The position numbers were made by a program, and so were the translations under genes. A stretch of DNA of 30,357 nucleotides from Gemmatimonadota bacterium (GTDB taxonomy: Bacteria > Gemmatimonadota > Gemmatimonadetes > Palauibacterales > Palauibacteraceae): NCBI GenBank assembly GCA_039588275.1, contig JBDHAC010000054.1:1-30357 (forward strand), read 5' to 3'. Below the pieces are notes generated by a model. That model saw only the letters and a program-made list of their open reading frames with translations. It did not search any database and was not told the origin of the DNA. This document shows, one piece after another, positions 25,307-30,357 of this stretch; the first letter of the stretch is position 1; each line of letters opens with the position of its first letter.

Positions 25307-28300
25307 CTAGTTGAACTGCTCGGCCCGCGCGATCCACTTCTCGAGGTCCTTTTCCTTCGGATCGAGCGGGGTGCCCGGGTGAATGATCCGGGCGGTGCAC
25401 TTCTCGGCGGCCATCACGATCTCTCGGAACGTGCCCGCCTTCGCATCCTTGATGTACGCCTGCTTGCAGTCGTTTGTTGATGTTGATGCACTCGTCGCAG
25501 GTCGTGCACAGCGCCGTCTCGATGTACGGCTCGAGAACCAGGCCCTCGTCTTCTTCTTCCTCCACCACGGCGACGGCGGCCTCGGCGGCGGAGACCGCTG
25601 CGGTCTCAGCGCCCGGAACCGCGGCACCCTCACCGGGAACCGCAGGGGCCGGCCCCACTCCCGCCCCGGGAACCTCGGGGGCGATCGACACCCCGCCCTC
25701 GGACACGAGCCCGGCCAGGCCGGCGCCATCCAGCGAGATCGGCTCGAGGCCCGGTGTCGATTGCGCCTTGGCGAGGATCTCCTGCACGGTGAGCTTCCCG
25801 TTTCCGGCGCGCAGGAGCCCCTCGGCGAGGCGCCGAGCCATGACCGCAGGCAGGTTCGTGCGGAGCTCGGCGAGCTTCGCCTGGTGTTCCGCCTCGAGCG
25901 CGGCCATCCGGGTCTCGAGTTCGGCTTCGAGCTCGTCCGCAATGGCGTCGCGCGCCGCGGGCGCTGGCTGGAACGCCGCCAGCTCCTTGAGCTGCGCCCA
26001 GAACAGCAGCCGGTCCTCGGCCAGCATCACGATCTCGCCGGAGACGCCCATCCGACCCAACCGCTTGTCATCTCGCAGCACCCAGATGAAGGGGAGCTTA
26101 CCCTCCCGCTCTTCCTCCGACAGCGCCAGGTACTCGTGGAATGGTACGGTGTCGTCTGTCCACTCCTCCTCCGAGAGCGGTCTGAACTGCTTCTTGAAGC
26201 GGGCCTCGGTAGCTGCCCAGTCGGCGATCGTCAGCGGGAGCTCGATCGTCTGCGTCTCGCCTTCCTCATCGACGTACTCGATCTCGTGGGTCTCCCACGC
26301 ATCGTCCACCGCGGGGTTGCCGGTGAGGTCCAGGCAATCCGCGAACGTCGGCCCCGCGTCCGGGTCGTACACGAGGTGCGGGAAGGCGCGGCTGTCGAGC
26401 GCGAGCTTGGCCGCGTGCGGTGCCCATTCATCGGCCAGCCCATGCTCCACCGGACACGGCGTGTAGATGTTGAACACGGCCGGTCGCGGCGATTGAAGTC
26501 CCCTGAGCACGCCTTCGATCAGGTGCGAGGGGTTCGCCTGCGACGCTTGCAGCACAAAGGCGCCGCGGTGCGCGATCGCAATCAGGGAGAGCTCCTTCCG
26601 GGTCTCCTGCTTTCCGTGCTGGGCTTTCCCGTAGGCCGCCATGTCGGACACCTGCCCGGTGAAGCCGCTCGTGCATGCCTGGCCGCCCGTGTTCGAGTAC
26701 ACCTGGGTGTCCAGGACCATCACGCGGATCGGCTTCCCGGACGCCAGCAGCCTGGAGAGGTTCTGGAAGCCGATGTCCATCATGGCGCCGTCGCCACCGA
26801 TGCTCAGGATCGGCGGACACAGCCCGAACTCCTCGTCCGAGAACGATTTCCAATCGAACGCCTCGAAGAACGGCTCGTGCTCGGCGGGATCGTATTCGCC
26901 CGCCAGCTGAAGCTCGGCCCGCCGCACGGCCGCGAACGTGAGCGACATCTTGCGCATCTGCCCCTCGAACACGCCGATGGCGATGGACGGGGCATCCTGG
27001 AAGAGGTGATTCACCCACGGATACGGGTACGGGTTGTAGGGATAGGTGCTGCCCCATACCGAAGAGCACCCGGTGCTGTTCGTGATCGCGAGGTTGGCTC
27101 GGCCGCGCCCGCTGGGTCCGGTGACGTAGCGCCAGCGAAGGTCCTTCACGGCCGCGAGCGACTCACCGTACTGCCGGAGCAGCTCCTGCTTCTCATCGCT
27201 CAGCGGTACGTCCGGCATCTCGCCAGCCGCCAGCTGATCCGGATCCAGCTCCACATCCGACGCGAGCAGCTCGCGGGTCTTCGTCTCCAGACCCTCGATG
27301 ATCCCGTCCAGCTTCGCGACGTACGCCGCCACGTGAGGCTGTAGCAGTGCCTCGATAGCGGAGATCGTGAGGTGGACCGCGGTCTTCTCGCCGCAGCCCA
27401 TGCACGCGCCGTCTCCCCCCACCATCGAGCGGAAGATCTTCTTCTTCAAGAGGAGTGAGGAGAGGACTCCGATGCCCTCCTCGACGCTCGTGATGTTGAG
27501 GTATCGGTCATCGGTATCGGGGAGACGCTCCCACAACTTCCAGTTGCGGCGCAGGCGGTCGACGATCTCGTCCTCCTGCTTGACGGTCACGAGCGCGTCT
27601 TCGGGGCACACGTCTACGCAGATGTTACAGCCCTTGCAGGCGTCCGGGCTGACCGTGATCGACAGCAGGCCGCCGCTCCCCTTCTCCTGCCGCTCCGGGA
27701 CGTCGAAGAAGGGGACGGTCTTGGCGAGCGGGAACTCGGCCAGCGTCGAGTAGAGCGCCGCGAACTCCGTGTCGAGCTGTTTTCGGCGCTCGGCCTCCCA
27801 ATTCAGCTTCTCGACGAGATTCTGGTACGCGGCCGACAGCGTCGCCTCGAAGGTCGTGAACGGCACCCCCTTGAGCAGCTTGTGGCACTCCTTCGCCAGG
27901 TTCTTGGACACCTGCTTGATGCGGTCGAGCGGACGTCCGTTGGCCGCGTGCCGGATTCCCGTGTCGAGGATCTCCTCAACGGTATTCACGAGCCCGGGGA
28001 TAGCCGCGTCGGGGCACTGCACCCAGCACTGACTGCACCCCGTGCACAGCTCCGGGATGAAGTCCGGCACCTCGAAGCGGATGTCGGTCATGTCGCGCAC
28101 CGAACTGCTCGCCGCCGGCATGGCGCTCATCGCGGCGAACGGATCGGCGATCGGGTCCTGCCCCACCTTGCACGCGGAGCACACCTGCTCCCAAAAGCGG
28201 CCGGGGTTGGTCATCCCCGGCTCCGCGCCGATCACGTCCATTACCGAGGGGATCTCACCCACCAGCGGTTCGGCCTCATCCGCCTCGGCCTCCGCTTCCT

Positions 28301-30357
28301 CGAACTCGGTGTACGGGATCTCCACGAGCTCATCGAACCCGCGCTGGATCACGCGCAGGTTGTCCTGCACAACCCGCTCACCCAGATGTCCGAACTTCTT
28401 GTCGAGCTGGCCCCGCAGCCCTTCGAACAGCCGCTCGCGGTCCAGCCCCTCGCGCTCCATGAGTGGTGAGGCGGCGAAGAAGGCACCCAGGAAGGCGGTC
28501 CCCTGCATGCGGTATCGCAGCTCGGGATCGGAAGCCTCGTCGGTGGCGATCTTGAACGCATCCAGGGCGTAGACCTTGATATCGCGCTCGCGGATCGTCC
28601 GGCGGGCGTCGGGCGGGAACATCGACCACAGGTCCTCCGGATCGTCGTCGCTCTGGATGACGAACACGCCACCGTCCGAGAGGCCGGCCAGCGGCGCGGA
28701 GTTCCGGAACACGTTGGGGTCCGGCGACAACACGACGTTCACGTGCTTGAGCTCGCAGTTCAGCCGAATGGGCTCCGGCGCGAGCGTGGTGTAGAAGGTC
28801 GTGGGCTGGCCCTTCTTCTCCGAGCCGTACTTCGGGTTCGCCTTCACGTGCAGCCCGAGCAGCTCGAACACGGTGAGGGTCAGGTTCTTCCCCATCGTGA
28901 TGGCGCCCCAACCCCCAACCGAGTGGATGCGGATGGAGACGGCGCCCTCGGGCATGATGTTCAGGTCACCGACCGATGGGAGCGATTGACCCCGGAGCCG
29001 CGGGTAGTTCTCGAGCAGCTCCTCCTGCCAGATCTGGAGCTTGGGAAGTCGCGTGTCCGCCAGGATGAAGTCGATCCCCAGGTAGAATTGCCGGGTCTTG
29101 CGACCGTCTTCGAGCATGTTCTCGACGGCCGCTACCAGGTCTCCGGGCTGCAGGTCACGGCTCCCGAAGCCGAAGCCGCCCGAGTAGAAGTCGGGCACTT
29201 CATCGGGATGCACCGGGGTCAGACCGGGGTGCGGCACATCGACCGGGGCTTCGCCGGCCATCGGCAGACGGGGCTTCCGGCCGCGCCGGTTGCCCTGGCT
29301 CTCTTCGGCAGCGCGGAAGTTCTCGACCCCCTTCGACATCGCCGCGCGGATCTCCCGCAAAAGCGGCGCGTCGACCGCCAGCGGCTGATCCACACGCTCC
29401 AGGACGGTGACTGATTTCTTCCCGCTCAGCATCCGCGTGATCAGATCGGCGGGGAACGGCCGGAACATGACCAGGTCGAGGACGCCGACCTTGAGTCCTC
29501 GCTCCTCACGCAGCCAGTCCGCCACGGCCTCGGCGTTGCTCACCACCGAGCCCTGGCCGACGATCACGTACTCCGCGTCGTCGAGCCGGTAGCCCATCGC
29601 ACGGCCGTAGTGCCGCCCGCTCAACGCCTCGAACTCCTCCATCGCCTGGTCAGTCAACTCGGCGATGTGATCGAAGTAGAACGGCCGCTGGGCGGCGACG
29701 CCCTGGGCGTAGCTGTCCTGGTTCTGCACGGGGCCGAGCATCGCGGGATGGTCGACGTCGAAGATCTCCGGGATCCGACGCCGTTTCTCGCCGAACACGA
29801 GCCTCTGCGCGGGTGTCGGAGAATCGATGATGTCCGCCGGATCGCCGAGGTACTCCTTCACCAGCTCGCGCTCGGGGAGGCGGAACGACTCGATCACGTG
29901 GCTCGTCAGGAAACCGTCCTGTGCGCACAGCCCGGGAGTCAGCGAAAGCTCCGCGATCCGGTGCGCGATCAGCGTGAGGTCTCCGACGCTCTGCACGTCT
30001 TTGCCGAACAGCTGGAAGAAGCCCGTGTCGTCGACCGCGTGGTAGTCGTCGTGGCCGGCGTGGACGTTCAGGGCATGCTTCGTCATCGCCCTGGCCGCCA
30101 CGTTGAGCACGTACGTGAGGCGCTTGCCGGCCGCCGCGTACAGGGACTCGTGCATGTACGCGATGCCCTGGCCGCTGGAGAAATTCGTGGCGCGCAGCCC
30201 GGTCATGCTCATCCCGGCGGTCACCGCGGCGGCGGCATGTTCTCCCTCGGGCTCGAAGAACAGTAGCCGGCGGCCGTTCACGTTCGTCTTCCCGGCCGCC
30301 ATGGCGACGGCCCACCCCTCGCCCATCTGGGTCGAGGGCGTGATCGGATAGGCTCCG
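25307..30357 (-). CDS. Large single-chain 2-oxoacid:ferredoxin oxidoreductase (PFOR/NifJ-like) with C-terminal ferredoxin domain; 5' end beyond window; frameshift near 25466
   Basis: YPITPST at the window edge, NVAAR, SVGGWG, YGSEKKG, two CxxCxxCxxxCP motifs, GACMGCGE, NSTGCSSVWG, GGDGAMMDIG and YSNTGGQ. The C-terminal CTTCDEC continues in another frame as KQAYIKDAKAGTFREIVMAAEKCTARIIHPG...AEQFN* (stop at 25307). Confidence 0.9.

Overview
High-GC (roughly two-thirds G+C by eye) diderm bacterial DNA; the lineage cannot be established from the sequence alone. It holds three blocks. (1) 1-10261: a divergently transcribed cluster that looks lipid-related. Left arm: SDR, then a B12-binding radical SAM enzyme that runs off the window and is missing from the ORF track. 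Right arm: small membrane protein, chlorophyll-synthase-like UbiA prenyltransferase, DAG-kinase-family kinase, ThiL-like kinase, MMPL/RND transporter, LolA-like periplasmic protein and outer-membrane beta-barrel. I infer an apparently uncharacterised pathway of lipid alcohol -> monophosphate -> diphosphate -> UbiA transfer -> trans-envelope transport. A tandem CTTGAC-box promoter motif occurs three times in and just after this block. (2) 10709-19026: citrate synthase, MASE3-GAF histidine kinase, REC-HD-GYP regulator, lipoprotein esterase and a PuuD-like glutamine amidotransferase behind a sigma54-type promoter. (3) 19058-30357: a minus-strand energy operon with an enlarged PFOR-family 2-oxoacid:ferredoxin oxidoreductase carrying a tethered C-terminal ferredoxin (frameshifted in this sequence), then rnfCDGEA, an unannotated 57-aa Cys-rich membrane peptide in the usual rnfB position, apbE and a small Cys-rich protein. 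No rRNA, tRNA, CRISPR array or mobile element was seen.
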